A stretch of 64,000 bases of DNA from Candidatus Latescibacterota bacterium (GTDB lineage Bacteria > Latescibacterota > UBA2968 > GCA-2709665), in contig OZ244744.1 of the NCBI GenBank assembly GCA_965219455.1, forward strand, positions 2,656,001 through 2,720,000, given 5' to 3'. Numbering within the stretch: position 1 is the first letter of the stretch; each line of letters starts with the position of its first letter. The notes under the pieces are model-generated. The model made no database searches, was not told the origin of the DNA, and saw nothing but the letters and a program-made list of their open reading frames with translations. Both the position numbers and the translations under genes were made by a program. This document shows positions 43,319 to 54,700 of this stretch, in pieces.

Positions 43319-43348
43319 AAAGGGGGCGGAATTTTCTCGCCCCCTTTT
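43319..43348. terminator. Bidirectional intrinsic terminator between serS and hemG
   Basis: AAAGGGGGCG...CGCCCCCTTTT hairpin between convergent genes. Confidence 0.65.
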
Positions 43349-43383
43349 CCTATGCTTCAGAGCGGCTCGGCGCCCGTCGAGTC

Positions 43384-44778
43384 TTACAAACCCAGAATCC
43401 GGTGTGCGGTTTCCACTGCCTGCCTGACGCAATCGGGCACAGAGGAACCCCGATAGGCGCTTCCGGTCAGGTACAGTCCCGGCTGATCAACGGCAAACGA
43501 TTCCATCTTCGCGACCCGGTCCAGGTGTCCCACGTCGAACTGGGGCCTGCCCTTCCGCCAGCGGTGAATCCGGGAGAACAACGGCTCGGCGGTCAAACCC
43601 ATCACGTGGGCAAGATCTTCCCTCACGGCATGCACAAGCATCTCGTCGGGCATCTCAAGCACGTCTTCCCGCGCGTCTCCGCCGACGAATCCCCTGATCA
43701 ACACCCCGTCATGCGGCGCCCGGTGGCCAAGCTTGGATGATACCCAGGTGCACCCCGTTATCCGGCGGCCCTCCGATTTGGGAACCAGGAATCCGAACCC
43801 ATCCAGGTTATGTTGCGCAAGAACATCGGCCTTTCGGTAAGCCAGCGCCACCGTACCGGAAGACACGTAACGGATCCGCCGGAGTTCGGCCGACAGCGGG
43901 GTCGCGATACCGTCCAGCAGGTCGGCCACTGCAAATGCGGGTGCGGCCAGTACAACGACGTCGGTTTTCAGCACGTCCCCACCCAGCGAAACCTCGAATC
44001 CACGCTCGAGCCTCGCCAGACCCGTTACCGGACAGTTCGTGCGCAGGTCGCCACGCAGTCTTTTCACGATCTTCTCGACCAGTTCTCCGAGCCCTCCGAT
44101 CAGGGTCTGGAACATCGGCGGCGCATGCCCGGCATCACCTGAAGCCGTACGGTGTTTCCGGGCGGCACGCACCGCTTTAATCAGGCTGCCGTATTTGCGT
44201 TCCATGTCCGCAAACTGCGGAAAGGTGGCCAGCAGGCTCAACCGCTCCGGGTCGGCTCCGTGGATGCCCGCCAGCAACGGCCCCCCTATCTTCTCCAGGG
44301 CCTCCTTTCCCATGCGCCGTCGGACAAACGACGCCAGACTTTCATCGTCCGTCGACGTCCGGGGTGGCACAAACCGGTCCAGCCCCATTCGCAGCTTGCC
44401 ACGAATCGAGAAAAGCCGGGACCGGGCAATGGGCATGAACCGTGCCGGTACCAGTGTGAAGTCTTCGGGAAACGGAACCAATTCACGCCCCTGTGCCAGG
44501 AAGGTCTTCCGCCGTTCCTCGTTCGGTGCAATCAGACGATCCTCGAGCCCCAGGTCCAGGCAGAGCCCGATGCCCCACGGTTTTCGCGTCAAAAGCAAAT
44601 CGGGCCCGCCTTCGATGGTGAACCCGTCGATTCGCTCGGTCAGGATTTCCCCGCCCCATCGCCCCGTGGCCTCCGCCAGCGTATAACCCACCTCCATCCC
44701 GTGCGCTTCTGCCTTCTCCTGCAGATAGTAGGCGGTTGCCAGCCCGGCAATTCCCCCGCCAATTATGGTCACATGCAT
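43384..44778 (-). CDS. hemG: HemY-type (copro/proto)porphyrinogen oxidase
   Basis: [22 protein letters not shown] and QFDVGH; operon context. Confidence 0.9.
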   Translation of the reverse strand: MHVTIIGGGIAGLATAYYLQEKAEAHGMEVGYTLAEATGRWGGEILTERIDGFTIEGGPDLLLTRKPWGIGLCLDLGLEDRLIAPNEERRKTFLAQGRELVPFPEDFTLVPARFMPIARSRLFSIRGKLRMGLDRFVPPRTSTDDESLASFVRRRMGKEALEKIGGPLLAGIHGADPERLSLLATFPQFADMERKYGSLIKAVRAARKHRTASGDAGHAPPMFQTLIGGLGELVEKIVKRLRGDLRTNCPVTGLARLERGFEVSLGGDVLKTDVVVLAAPAFAVADLLDGIATPLSAELRRIRYVSSGTVALAYRKADVLAQHNLDGFGFLVPKSEGRRITGCTWVSSKLGHRAPHDGVLIRGFVGGDAREDVLEMPDEMLVHAVREDLAHVMGLTAEPLFSRIHRWRKGRPQFDVGHLDRVAKMESFAVDQPGLYLTGSAYRGSSVPDCVRQAVETAHRILGL

Positions 44779-44787
44779 AAAAGCACC

Positions 44788-45768
44788 TCAACGAGGTGTC
44801 GGGAGCCGGTGCGCAGATTGGAAGCATTGGGCTTCGGTGGCGGAGGGGTTCCGGTTCAGCTTCTCTTCGACCGCTTTGGCCACCGCCTCGATAAACGTGG
44901 GGTCGCTGTTCATGGACGCGATGCGCTTCAGGTTCACCCGCCGCGACCTCGCGATTTCCTGAAGTCCGATATCGATATCGTAGAGGATCTCCACGTGGTC
45001 GCAAACAAACCCGATGGGCGCCACTAGCACGTGGCGGTATCCTTCATCGGCCAGACCCGGGATCACGTCCTCGATTTGAGGACCCAGCCAGGGCTCTCCC
45101 GTGTGAGCGGCACTCTGATAGGAAAACATCCAGTCCACTCCGCCAAGGCGTTCCGCCACGGTTCTCGCGTTGTCCTTCAGCTCGTCGTCGTAGGGATCGC
45201 CCATCTTCAACAGGCGCTCCGGGAGGCTATGCGCCGTAAAAACGATTTTTACGTCTTCTCGATCAGCGCTCGAGAACGCCGCCAGCGCGGCGCGAACGTG
45301 GGCTTCCTGCGCGTCCAGGAGCCCGGTTTGCCGCCACCAGGAATCCACGAACGAAAACTGAATCCGGCTTCCTGCCGATTCCTGTGCGCGGTTCACGGCC
45401 TCCCAGTACTTCCCAATGCTCAGACGGGAGTAGTGGGGGGCCATGACAATGGCCACGGCCTCCTCCACGCCCTCCTCGAACATCCGACGTACCGTATCTT
45501 TAATCCACGGCGACCAGTGCCGCATTCCAACGTAAACGCGCACATTATGCCCGCAGGCCCTCAGGGTCCGTTCCGCACATTCAGCCTGGTCAAAGGTGTT
45601 TTCGTTGAGCGGAGACCTGCCGCCGATCTGCGCGTACCTGCTTTTGAATTCCGCCACGAATTCCCGGGACATCGGCCGCCCACCGCGGATATCGTTCAGG
45701 TACGCTTCCATGTCGTCCAGCGAATCCGGACTGCCGTATGCAAGCATCAACACCGCTTTTTTTTTCAT
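44788..45768 (-). CDS. hemH: Ferrochelatase
   Basis: AYGSP, GMRHW, FTAHSLP, WLGP and GFVCDHVEILYDID. Confidence 0.94.
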   Translation of the reverse strand: MKKKAVLMLAYGSPDSLDDMEAYLNDIRGGRPMSREFVAEFKSRYAQIGGRSPLNENTFDQAECAERTLRACGHNVRVYVGMRHWSPWIKDTVRRMFEEGVEEAVAIVMAPHYSRLSIGKYWEAVNRAQESAGSRIQFSFVDSWWRQTGLLDAQEAHVRAALAAFSSADREDVKIVFTAHSLPERLLKMGDPYDDELKDNARTVAERLGGVDWMFSYQSAAHTGEPWLGPQIEDVIPGLADEGYRHVLVAPIGFVCDHVEILYDIDIGLQEIARSRRVNLKRIASMNSDPTFIEAVAKAVEEKLNRNPSATEAQCFQSAHRLPTPR

Positions 45769-45774
45769 TTGCAC

Positions 45775-46806
45775 CTATCCGTAGGCGTGTACGAAATCGA
45801 CCAGCGCGGCCACGTGCGGGACCGGCGTGTGTTGCAGGATGCCGTGGCCGAGATTGAAGATATGTCCCGGCCGTCCCCGGACACGATCCAGGATCCGGGC
45901 GGCCTGCCTTTGGATTACCGGCACCGGCGCGAACAGCACCGTCGGATCCAGATTCCCCTGCACCGCCACCTCCGCACCCAACCGATCCCATGCCTCGTCC
46001 AGTTCGATCCGCCAGTCCACCCCGATCACGTCACCGCCCGCCCGCTTCAAAAGCGGCAGAATACCGGATGTGCCCGTACCGAAATGGATCACGGGTACGT
46101 CGTGCTTCGCCCTGACCGTCTCAATCGCCCGCCGGGTATGCGGCAGCACGTATGCTTCGTAATCCGCAGGGCTTAACGCGCCCGCCCAACTGTCGAACAG
46201 CTGCAGCGCCTGCGCCCCGGCCGCCGCCTGGGCCTGAAGATAGTCCCCTACGGCCACGGACATTTTTTCCATCAGGCGCCGCCAGGTCTCCGGCTGTTCG
46301 TGCATAAGGCCCTTGGCAAGCCGGTAGTCGCGTGAAGCGCCGCCTTCCACCGCATAACAGACCAACGTAAACGGCGCCCCGGAAAACCCGATCAGCGGGA
46401 CCCTGCCGTCCAGCGCCCGCCGGACCTGGCGGATGGCCGCCGTGGCGAAGCCCATGGCTTCCGCCGCCGGGCGAATGGTCAGGGCTTCCACGTCCGCGGG
46501 CGTCCGGACCGGGTTGTGAATCACGGGCCCCTCGCCCCCCACGTACTCCAGTTCCAGGCCCATTGGCTCCAGGAGCGGGAGAATATCCTGAAAAATAATC
46601 GCCGCGTCCACGTCGAACGCATCGACGGGCTGCAACGTGATCCCGGTGGCGATATCCGGCGTCTTCACCATCTCCAGAAAGGCGTATTTTTCCTTCAGCT
46701 TCCGGTATTCCGGCATGTACCGGCCCGCCTGGCGCATCAGCCAGACCGGCGTGGCGTCCACTGCCTCGCGGCGGCATGCTTTCAAGAAACGATCGGCTCG
46801 GGACAT
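45775..46806 (-). CDS. hemE: Uroporphyrinogen decarboxylase
   Basis: [25 protein letters not shown] and FNLGHGI. Confidence 0.96.
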   Translation of the reverse strand: MSRADRFLKACRREAVDATPVWLMRQAGRYMPEYRKLKEKYAFLEMVKTPDIATGITLQPVDAFDVDAAIIFQDILPLLEPMGLELEYVGGEGPVIHNPVRTPADVEALTIRPAAEAMGFATAAIRQVRRALDGRVPLIGFSGAPFTLVCYAVEGGASRDYRLAKGLMHEQPETWRRLMEKMSVAVGDYLQAQAAAGAQALQLFDSWAGALSPADYEAYVLPHTRRAIETVRAKHDVPVIHFGTGTSGILPLLKRAGGDVIGVDWRIELDEAWDRLGAEVAVQGNLDPTVLFAPVPVIQRQAARILDRVRGRPGHIFNLGHGILQHTPVPHVAALVDFVHAYG

Positions 46807-47042
46807 TTGGGCCTTCAATTCAAACAGGGCAGGGGCACATGGTGCTGTGCCGCTGCCCGCTCATAGCTGAATGGTGACTGCCACCGGGGGGTTGGCGGGG
46901 TGGTCCTCTCGTGTCTCGCGCAGAAATGGGAACTTCAGCTTTCAAGCGCATCCTCAGCCCGCCGCTGATCGCTGCTCCCAATCTAAACAAAGCAGGGGCA
47001 CGACGTTCTGTGCCCCTGCCGAATTGCGAAACCATTGCGCCG

Positions 47043-47666
47043 CTACACGTCAAGTTCGTTGAAATGCGCAACCACCCTGCTGATCAGACCGTATTCCACC
47101 GCTTCCGGTGCGGACATCCAGTAGTCCCGATCCGTATCTTCAACCACTTTTTCCAATGGCTGCCCGGTCTCCCGGGCATACAATTCGTTGATCCGCTCGC
47201 GAAGTTTGAGAATCTGTTCCGCCGTGCGTTTTACGTCTTCCGCAACACCTATATACCGCATTGAAGGCTGATGGATCATGATTCGTGCGTTCGGCAGCGC
47301 GAATCGGCCCTCTTTTTCCGCGGCCAGCATGATCACCGTTGCCGCGCTGGCGGACAACCCCACACTGACGATTTTCACCGGCGGACGAATGAAGCGAATC
47401 ATGTCGTAAATTGCGAATCCGTCGTCTGCGCTGCCACCCGGCGAGTTGATCAAAATCGTGATGGGTTTTTCCGGATCGTCGCTGTCCATCAGCAACAACT
47501 GGGCAATTACCCGCGTTGTCAGTTTATGGTCGATCGGATCGGAGATCAGAATGGTGCGCGCCTTGATCAGGCTTCTGACGATGAATTCGCCGCCGTGACC
47601 GCCCGGCTGCGCCTCCTCCTCTTCTTCGTCTTCCTCCGGATCTTCGTTCAACAGGAACTTGTGCAT
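47043..47666 (-). CDS. clpP: ATP-dependent Clp protease proteolytic subunit
   Basis: INSPGG, SASAA (Ser), MIHQP (His) and DTDRD (Asp); promoter TTGACA-17-TAAATT at 47763-47735. Confidence 0.93.
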   Translation of the reverse strand: MHKFLLNEDPEEDEEEEEAQPGGHGGEFIVRSLIKARTILISDPIDHKLTTRVIAQLLLMDSDDPEKPITILINSPGGSADDGFAIYDMIRFIRPPVKIVSVGLSASAATVIMLAAEKEGRFALPNARIMIHQPSMRYIGVAEDVKRTAEQILKLRERINELYARETGQPLEKVVEDTDRDYWMSAPEAVEYGLISRVVAHFNELDV

Positions 47667-47830
47667 CGTTTCCCCTTCTTCCCACAAATGACGCGTTAAA
47701 ATACGACTGGTTTGCCAGCTTCCAAAGCCCGCTCAATTTATCCTATACGCCCATCATTGTCAAGGCCATTCCCTGAAATTCAACTCCGTCACGAATTGCG
47801 CGCAAGGATGGCGCGCCCTCCCGTCGGATC

Positions 47831-49090
47831 TCACTTTGTCGCCATGGCCTCGCTCAGAATCCGGGATGTGCCGGGCCTCATAATCCGAGAATCCACCGCC
47901 TCCCCTTTCAGTAACATTTCCCGCACCTGTTTTCCCGAAATGAACACGGGCCGCTCGTCGGGATGGTTCTCCATTAAATCCACCCGTCCCAGCGACTCGT
48001 AAAACGCCGCGAAACCCACGTTAAGGGGCCGGATCTCCAGGTTACCCTTCAGTTGTTGGAACACCTCCTGCGCGTCGAAATCACCCCAGATCGGACTGCC
48101 GTCGTTGTAGGGCGCATCGGCATGTTTGCGGCCGATGATAATATCGGTGAAGCCGAAGTTCTGGCGGTAAATAGCGTGCATAACCGCCTCTTTGGGACCG
48201 GCGTAGAACATCTTTATATCCAGCCCGATGAGAATCACCCGGCCCGGCACGGCCTCGCCCCTGGGTTCCCACAATCCGGTATCGCTATCCCCTTCTCCCA
48301 GGCCGCGAGATTCGATCAGCGCTTCGTAGGTCCGCATCCGGATCTCTGCGTTGACGTCGTCGGACTTGGTCTCTCCCACCAGGGGGTTCAGGCAGGCCCC
48401 AGCGTTGATCCCCTGCCGGATCAGCGTTTCCAGTCCGTAAACCAGGGCATATTCGTGGGCGCGGTGCAGCGGGTTGCGGGTCTGAAACGCAACCACACGC
48501 TGCCAGCCCGTTTCGGACAGAATGCGGCGGACCTCCGCGGGTGTATGCATATAACGACCGAACGCAGGGTGCTTCGGTTGCGGCAGTACCCTGATGGATC
48601 CCCCAAGGAGGTGGGTCTTGTCCGCGTCACCATTCAGAACCATATCCGCGCCCGGATGGTCGGTCCGCTCGGTGAGGTACACGCTTTTGAGATACGCCTG
48701 CTTGTCCCAGGGAAAGACGTCGCTGATGTCCAGGCTGCCCACAATTTGCCCGTCCTGACGCGCAAGGGCGACCGTCTGCCCGACCTCGAGTCGTCCGGCC
48801 AGATCGCTCCCGATAGGTAATGCGATTGGAATGGTCCAGGCATACAACTTCCCGTTGTAAGCGATTACACTCTCGTCGAGCACCCTGTGGTACGTCTCCG
48901 AATCCATCGGACCCGTGAGCGGACTCAGACCGCCGTCTCCGAAACGGTACACCGTGGACAGATCGGCGTCGCTGACCGGAACCGGCGTCAGCTTTGACGG
49001 GTTCTCGCGGAAAGCGTCCCTCTCGTCGGCCGGAACCATACGGCAAACCGGCGAAGAAAGCCCCCCATGGGGCGGTATCAAGTCGGACAT
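47831..49090 (-). CDS. sat: Sulfate adenylyltransferase (Sat type)
   Basis: [30 protein letters not shown] and ISGKQVR. Confidence 0.92.
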   Translation of the reverse strand: MSDLIPPHGGLSSPVCRMVPADERDAFRENPSKLTPVPVSDADLSTVYRFGDGGLSPLTGPMDSETYHRVLDESVIAYNGKLYAWTIPIALPIGSDLAGRLEVGQTVALARQDGQIVGSLDISDVFPWDKQAYLKSVYLTERTDHPGADMVLNGDADKTHLLGGSIRVLPQPKHPAFGRYMHTPAEVRRILSETGWQRVVAFQTRNPLHRAHEYALVYGLETLIRQGINAGACLNPLVGETKSDDVNAEIRMRTYEALIESRGLGEGDSDTGLWEPRGEAVPGRVILIGLDIKMFYAGPKEAVMHAIYRQNFGFTDIIIGRKHADAPYNDGSPIWGDFDAQEVFQQLKGNLEIRPLNVGFAAFYESLGRVDLMENHPDERPVFISGKQVREMLLKGEAVDSRIMRPGTSRILSEAMATK

Positions 49091-49144
49091 AGTCGAAACA
49101 TCCCTCCAATTCTCCGAAAATTCCACGGGCGGCTTCATAAAGCG

Positions 49145-49405
49145 CACACTTTGAGGAAGCCGGTGTGAAGGTGGGGCAGACATTCCTGTCTGCCGGTCTT
49201 ACTAGCCTTCTGCCGGAAAGGAGACAGAAAAAAAGCTCCCGTCGAGGAATCATCCCGGAAATGCGTCCGTCACACGTGCGCCCACACTCTAAGGAAGCCG
49301 GTGTGAAGGTGGGGCAGACATTCCTGTCTGCCCGTCTCGCTATCCTTCTGCCGGAAAGGAGACAGAAGAAAAACTCCCGTTGAGGAATCATCCCGGAAAT
49401 GCACC
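49145..49405. repeat. 138-bp tandem direct repeat with a GGCAGACATTCCTGTCTGCC hairpin
   Basis: AGGAAGCCGGTGTGAAGGTGGGGCAGAC begins at both 49154 and 49292; further fragments at about 49517 and 49564. Confidence 0.9.
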
Positions 49406-49419
49406 TGCACCGTGAGCCG

Positions 49420-49965
49420 TTCCCTGAGCTTGTGGTCCCTGAGCCTGTCGAAGGGTCGAAGGGTCGGCGACGGGTAGCCGCGTCTCGACTTCGCTCAGAA
49501 TGACAGGTCGGCTTTACATCATCCGCGAAATGCGTCCGTGACACCTTCGCCCGGTCTGTAACGTTGAGGAAGCCCTGTCTGCCGTGCCCGGCACAGGCAG
49601 GCGCCAGGCTGACGAAGCATCTCCTGCGGCGTCCAATGATGTCGGAGCGCGTGTCAATCGCCCCCGCCCGACAGACAGTACAACCGCTATCTTTTGAGGC
49701 GGCCGCATCCGGGGAAGACACGTCGAAACAGAAAGCACTAAATATACCGTAAACATCCGCCCGATACAAAAAGATTCCCCGACAACAGGTGGATGGGGTT
49801 CTCAGCTTAGGCGGAGCACCGGACGGCGACCCACCCCGGCACGGGAAGGGTGGGATGAATACACCGGGGGAAGGGCTTTCCTGAAGAGGAAGACTCAGGG
49901 TTGGGAATTAGTGCGGGCGGGATTGACGTGGATTGAATAGGTGCGCCGACCTGTCATTCTGAGCG
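49420..49965. repeat. Nested REP-like palindromes and a 21-bp inverted repeat pair
   Basis: CCCTGAGCCTGTCGAAGGG is inserted in a sibling copy; CGCTCAGAATGACAGGTCGGC (49492-49512) pairs with GCCGACCTGTCATTCTGAGCG (49945-49965). Confidence 0.8.
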
Positions 49966-50001
49966 TGGCGAAGCCGCGCCAGGATATAAGGCGAAATTAA
50001 G

Positions 50002-50040
50002 AGCCCGGCGGGTTGGTTTTCCCATCGGGCTTTGTTTTTT
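50002..50040 (+). terminator. Intrinsic terminator-like hairpin
   Basis: AGCCCGGCGGG...CCCATCGGGCT followed by TTGTTTTT. Confidence 0.55.
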
Positions 50041-50059
50041 GCGTACGAGGGGATTCAGG

Positions 50060-50088
50060 TTGACAACAACACTGCTGCGCCGTACGAT
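50060..50088 (+). promoter_or_regulatory. sigma70-type promoter upstream of the HNH gene
   Basis: TTGACA-17 nt-TACGAT. Confidence 0.6.
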
Positions 50089-50218
50089 AGTACGGTATGT
50101 CGCATTTTGCGACATACGCAACGCTTTGAAACACCACGAGACATTGCCATCTCCGATTCAAATTGACAGGTTTGCTTCTGTAGAGGTCGAAGAGATTTGG
50201 CAATCGGATTGAACCTTT

Positions 50219-51325
50219 ATGACCCGGCAATTACCACATTCAGGTCAACTGGATATCGCTACACTGAGCAACTTGTTCAAGCATACGGCCAATTCGTACA
50301 AATATCTCTTTTTTATCTCGCTGCTGACGTTGATTAAGGACAGGCATTTCGAGATTAATGATGGTATTCAGCTTAGCGATATAGAAATCGAGATGTTGAT
50401 AACCGCTTGGTACCCGCGTGTCTTTTTTAAATTGTCATTTGGCACTCGGGACCAAATCGCTCGGGCTCTAAAATCTATTAATTGCATTAAAGATGATAAA
50501 GATTTCCTGTCTGTAACGGGGCGCGGTAAATTGCGGAAACGCCTCGTCAATGCTGACAAAAAGCCGAATTACAAATTGATGCGTTACGTTCCCCACAGGA
50601 TTTTGCGCCCGTTTTTCGCCGCAGAAACCAGCGGCTTGCCAGATCAGATAGTGAATCACGAAGTTTGCAAACTAGCTGCCAAGCTTTTTGATGAACGACG
50701 CCCTCTCTTCCGTTTCGACAATTCCGAAGAATGCATCCTTTTGCATCCGGATTGGATCGCGTATTTGAAACAAAACCAAGGGATTATCGAGGGTTGGGCG
50801 CTGTGGCATTGGGCAGATTATATGCAGCGGCGCAATCCTGGAATTCCTGCTGTAACGCGAAAGTTGCTCCCGCCAGATAAGAGGGAGTCTCTCAACGCAC
50901 AGAGAAGCTTCTGGAATATCGCTATTGATAAAACGGATATCCGATGCATTTACACGGGTAAGAAGCTGGATCGTGGTTATGAATTGGATCATTTTTTGCC
51001 ATGGAGATTCGTAGCGCACAATCAGTTGTGGAACCTGATACCGGCTGATTCCCAAGCGAACAGTTGCAAAAGCGACCACATTCCATCTGAGATTTACATT
51101 GATCGCTTAGCTGAAACCCAGAGTGCCGCGTTATCCATCGCACGGGACAGCTTGAGCAGTAAGAAATGGGAAAAGGAAATAGAGCCGTATACGACGGACC
51201 TGTTTATTTGCGCAGATCAAACGCTGGACTACGAGAAATTGAAATCTGCGTATTACAAGACCTTGAAGCCTCTCATGTCAATTGCAGAACAACAGGGGTT
51301 TCAAAGCGAGTGGTCCTACGGATGA
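50219..51325 (+). CDS. HNH endonuclease domain protein
   Basis: CIYTG...LDHFLPW...WNLIPA...NSCKSD; visibly more AT-rich than its neighbours. Confidence 0.85.
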   Translation: MTRQLPHSGQLDIATLSNLFKHTANSYKYLFFISLLTLIKDRHFEINDGIQLSDIEIEMLITAWYPRVFFKLSFGTRDQIARALKSINCIKDDKDFLSVTGRGKLRKRLVNADKKPNYKLMRYVPHRILRPFFAAETSGLPDQIVNHEVCKLAAKLFDERRPLFRFDNSEECILLHPDWIAYLKQNQGIIEGWALWHWADYMQRRNPGIPAVTRKLLPPDKRESLNAQRSFWNIAIDKTDIRCIYTGKKLDRGYELDHFLPWRFVAHNQLWNLIPADSQANSCKSDHIPSEIYIDRLAETQSAALSIARDSLSSKKWEKEIEPYTTDLFICADQTLDYEKLKSAYYKTLKPLMSIAEQQGFQSEWSYG

Positions 51326-51363
51326 GATTTTTTCATCGAATAGCAAGCGTTTTTGACCGCATC

Positions 51364-51609
51364 ATGCCCTCAGTTTTTATCCGCGCCCGGGTGAAACCTT
51401 ATTTCCAGGACACTCTACACAGGGTTTTGCCCTTCGAGGTGAGGATTCCGAATACCGAGACTTTGGACGCGCTACGGCAAGCACGGTCACAAGACGGCCT
51501 AATTGAATACGCCGATCTGGAGACGCTCAAGGCTGAGCAGGGTTGATCCGTTCGTCAGCCAGGAGCGAATCGATTCGAAAAGGACCTGAAGCTCGGAGGT
51601 AAGCGGTGA
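51364..51609 (+). pseudogene. Decayed DinJ/RelB-YafQ-type toxin-antitoxin locus
   Basis: IRARVKP joins almost directly to LPFEVRIPNTETLDAL (central RHH helices apparently missing); followed by the toxin-like fragment NRFEKDLKLGGKR*. Confidence 0.65.
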
Positions 51610-51669
51610 GAATCTATAGTTGACGTACCGCACGGCACAGGTGACAAAATGGCAGGACTGGCAGAACAA

Positions 51670-51702
51670 CCCCGCGAGAGTAATCTCCGGGGGCTTTTTT
51701 TT
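51670..51702. terminator. Intrinsic terminator
   Basis: CCCCGCGAGAG..CTCCGGGGG followed by a T7 run, between convergent units. Confidence 0.55.
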
Positions 51703-51747
51703 GTGCAGTCGTCAGTCTGCCCCCGATTCCATTCTCTTCCCGTTCAG

Positions 51748-54700
51748 TCAAAACGACGTGCCGAGGTGGAGGTGGGGGACGGCGCCTTTTGGACTGGTGA
51801 ACCCGTAGGCTGCGCCAACGCGGAAGCGGAACGGAACATAGAGGATACCGAAATCGTAGACGAACTCAGCGCCCGCTGATAGGAGCGCCGTCGGCATCGA
51901 TGCCTGGCTGAGATTGTCGCGGCCCCAGGCGTTGCCGGCGTCGGCGAAGAGGGTGAGAAAGGCGCGGTCGAAATGCAGCAGCGGCGTTCGCAGGGCGCGG
52001 TTAACCAGCACGGCCGGTACCCGGAACTCCAGGGACGCTGACCAGGCGCGCCGCCCCGATCGCGGGGTGCTCTCGTATCCCCGCACGGGGAACAGCCGTC
52101 GTGCCGAGCCGCCAACCTTAAAGTAACCCCTGCCGCTGTCCGGGCCCCGCACCGCGCCCGCGCTTGCCCGTAGCGCCATCACCGGCGCGGCAAATCCGCC
52201 TCCCGGCAGTTTCACGTAGGTCCTGAAGTCGCCAGAGACGGCGTCGAAGGACCGGTCGTCTGAAGGCTCCCCGGAAAAGTCGATGCGCCGCGTGGCCCAG
52301 GCGGAGAAAGACACGCCGGCAGCCCTGCCCATCTGAAACGCATGCGACCTGGCCGTGGAGGCCGAAAACCGCGCCGTCACGTCGCCCAAGGTGCTGTGGG
52401 GGCTGTCGAATTTCGACAGATCCGCTGGCCGGAGCGCGGAATCCAGCGCCTCCCGGTCCTCCTGAAGCAGCCCGCCGGAAAGCGTAAATGAAAGCCCACT
52501 CCACGCCCTGGGGCGCGCCAGGGCCATCGATACGGCCGCCAGGCGACTCCGTTCAAGAATGAACGTGGTGTCCGCCGGGGCGTCGCCGTTCCCCTCCCGC
52601 ACCCTGACGAGTTCCTCGTTCCAGTTCTGCGACAGCAATAGGCCCAGCGTGGGATTACCCAGTCCGGCGTACCCATAGGACAGAAGGCCCGCCGCCCTCC
52701 CGCCCGCGTATCCTCCCGACGGCAGAAAGATGCGGGCGCCGACGTTATAGGCGTGCCGGCCCACGAGGTCCACCCCTGACGTAAAGGCGCCGACGGACGA
52801 ACCGAGAACCTTTGAGCGGGGCGACGTGCTGCTCCCGGCACCGGAAAAGGATAGAGACCCAATTGGGACCCAATAGCGGGGAAGGAGGGTCCGCATGGGC
52901 GAATAGGTGCGTATTTGCCCGCCCGCCCGCGAGCCGGGTTTATTTGCCGTGGTCTCGACTTCTGAGGCGAGCACGCCCGCCGCGGTGTGCGTCGAATCGG
53001 CCATGTAACGAGGGGCCGGCGGCGCGGCGGCAGGATCGAACGGAAGACGTTCGATCTCCCATCCGTCCACGTGGTACCCCGAGAAATAGAGCCATTGCCC
53101 CGACGGATCCACGCTGGGCCACGCCGCGCCCGTGCGGACGTTGGTCAGCATTACGGGGGGCGCGACCTTCGCGCTGTCGACCCTTGCCGCGAAAACATTC
53201 AGGATACCGGTGCGGTCGGACGACCATACCAACCACCTTCCGTCGGCGCTCCATGCGGGGGCGAAGTCCAGCGCGCGGTCATGGGTAACCTGGCTGACGA
53301 GGCTGCCGCTCCCATCCAGGATGACGACGTCGTGTTTCCCGCCTGTCCAGCGGGTCGCCGCTATCCAGTGCCCGTCGGGTGAAACAGCCGGATACGCCCA
53401 GTAGACGCCGGCTTCGGGGTGAATCAGCGTCTCGACGGCGCCCGTACGGCTATTGACCCGGGCCAGGCCGTTGGTGCCCTCACCTTCCGCGACGGCGACC
53501 GCCCAATCCCCGGGGCCGGCCGACGGGGCGGTCAGACGGGCGCCGGTGGTCAACCGGTCCACCGCGCCGTCCTGCGTCACCCGATATATGTCGCTGAATT
53601 CCCGGTAGCGCCCGGAGAATTCCAACTGGTCGACGAGGATGTTGCCGCCGGGCGTAAACGCGAACGTGTTCCCGCGTATCAGCGCGACGGTCGATTTGCC
53701 GCCGGCGTCCAGCCCGGTCGATACCAGTTTCGGATCCGTACGGCCGTCGGAGCGAAGATAGACCAGCGCCGATCCGTCGGGCGACACCTTTGGGTGGCGC
53801 GCGTAACGGGCGCCATGGGTCAGCCGTTCCGGCTCGGAAATCGCACCGAACCGGGTGAGGCGGGTATCCAGCCCCGCGGCCGAATCCCGCCAGGCCTTTG
53901 CCCACGTGGTCCACTCGCTCGACAGGCTGGCGCCAAAGGCCTTCCTCCCGGCCGCGTCGAGCCGATAGGGTATCCATTGGTCCTCGACCGCCTGGACGAA
54001 CGCGGCCATCCTGTCCCGCCCGTACCTTCGCATGAGGTGTTCGAAAAAGAGCGATCCGTACGCGTAAACGCGGGTTCCGCCGGGCCACTGAGGCGACCAT
54101 CCCCCGGCCTGGCCGATGGATTCGAAGCGGCCCTCCAGGGCTGCCGTACGCAGCACCATGTCGTGGTAGGTTCCCAGAACGCGGCCCTTGCCCGTGAGCG
54201 CGGATTCGTACCAGGTGGCGATGCCTTCGATCACCCATCGCGGCATGGTGGCTGCCGGGAAACCGAATACGGGGAAGGGGATCCGCCCGAAAAGCCCTCG
54301 AAGGCTGTAACGGCCCTGCCGGTCCAGGTGAAATATGTGCGTCAATTCGTGAACGATCAGAAGTTCCAGCCAGTCGTCGAAGTAGCCGAGCACGAAACTG
54401 TCGACAGGCGGACGCGCGAATAAAACGATGCGGTTCGAAGGAAATGGGGTCGCGTAGCCGTTGGAGACGTCGACGTGATCGGTGATGAGGATATCGATCG
54501 GCTCCCGGGACCCGGGCAGGAAATTTTCTGTCAGCCGCACGTAGGCCCACTCCGCTTGCCCGGCCATCCGGCGGGCGAAGTCCTCCAGATGCTCGGGAAA
54601 GGTGACGCGGAAGTGTTCCGTATCCAGTGTGCGCCAAGGTTCGTCCGGCGGGACCCGCTGTGCCTGCGAGGGCGATGTGCAGATCGCGACGAGCGCAAAC

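Noticed and set aside
49145-49405. Possible CRISPR array
   Set aside because: There are only two long near-identical 138-bp units, no unique spacers and no cas genes.
48627-49769. 380-aa minus-strand ORF with an internal repeat
   Set aside because: It is a translation through the tandem and REP repeats and overlaps sat out of frame.
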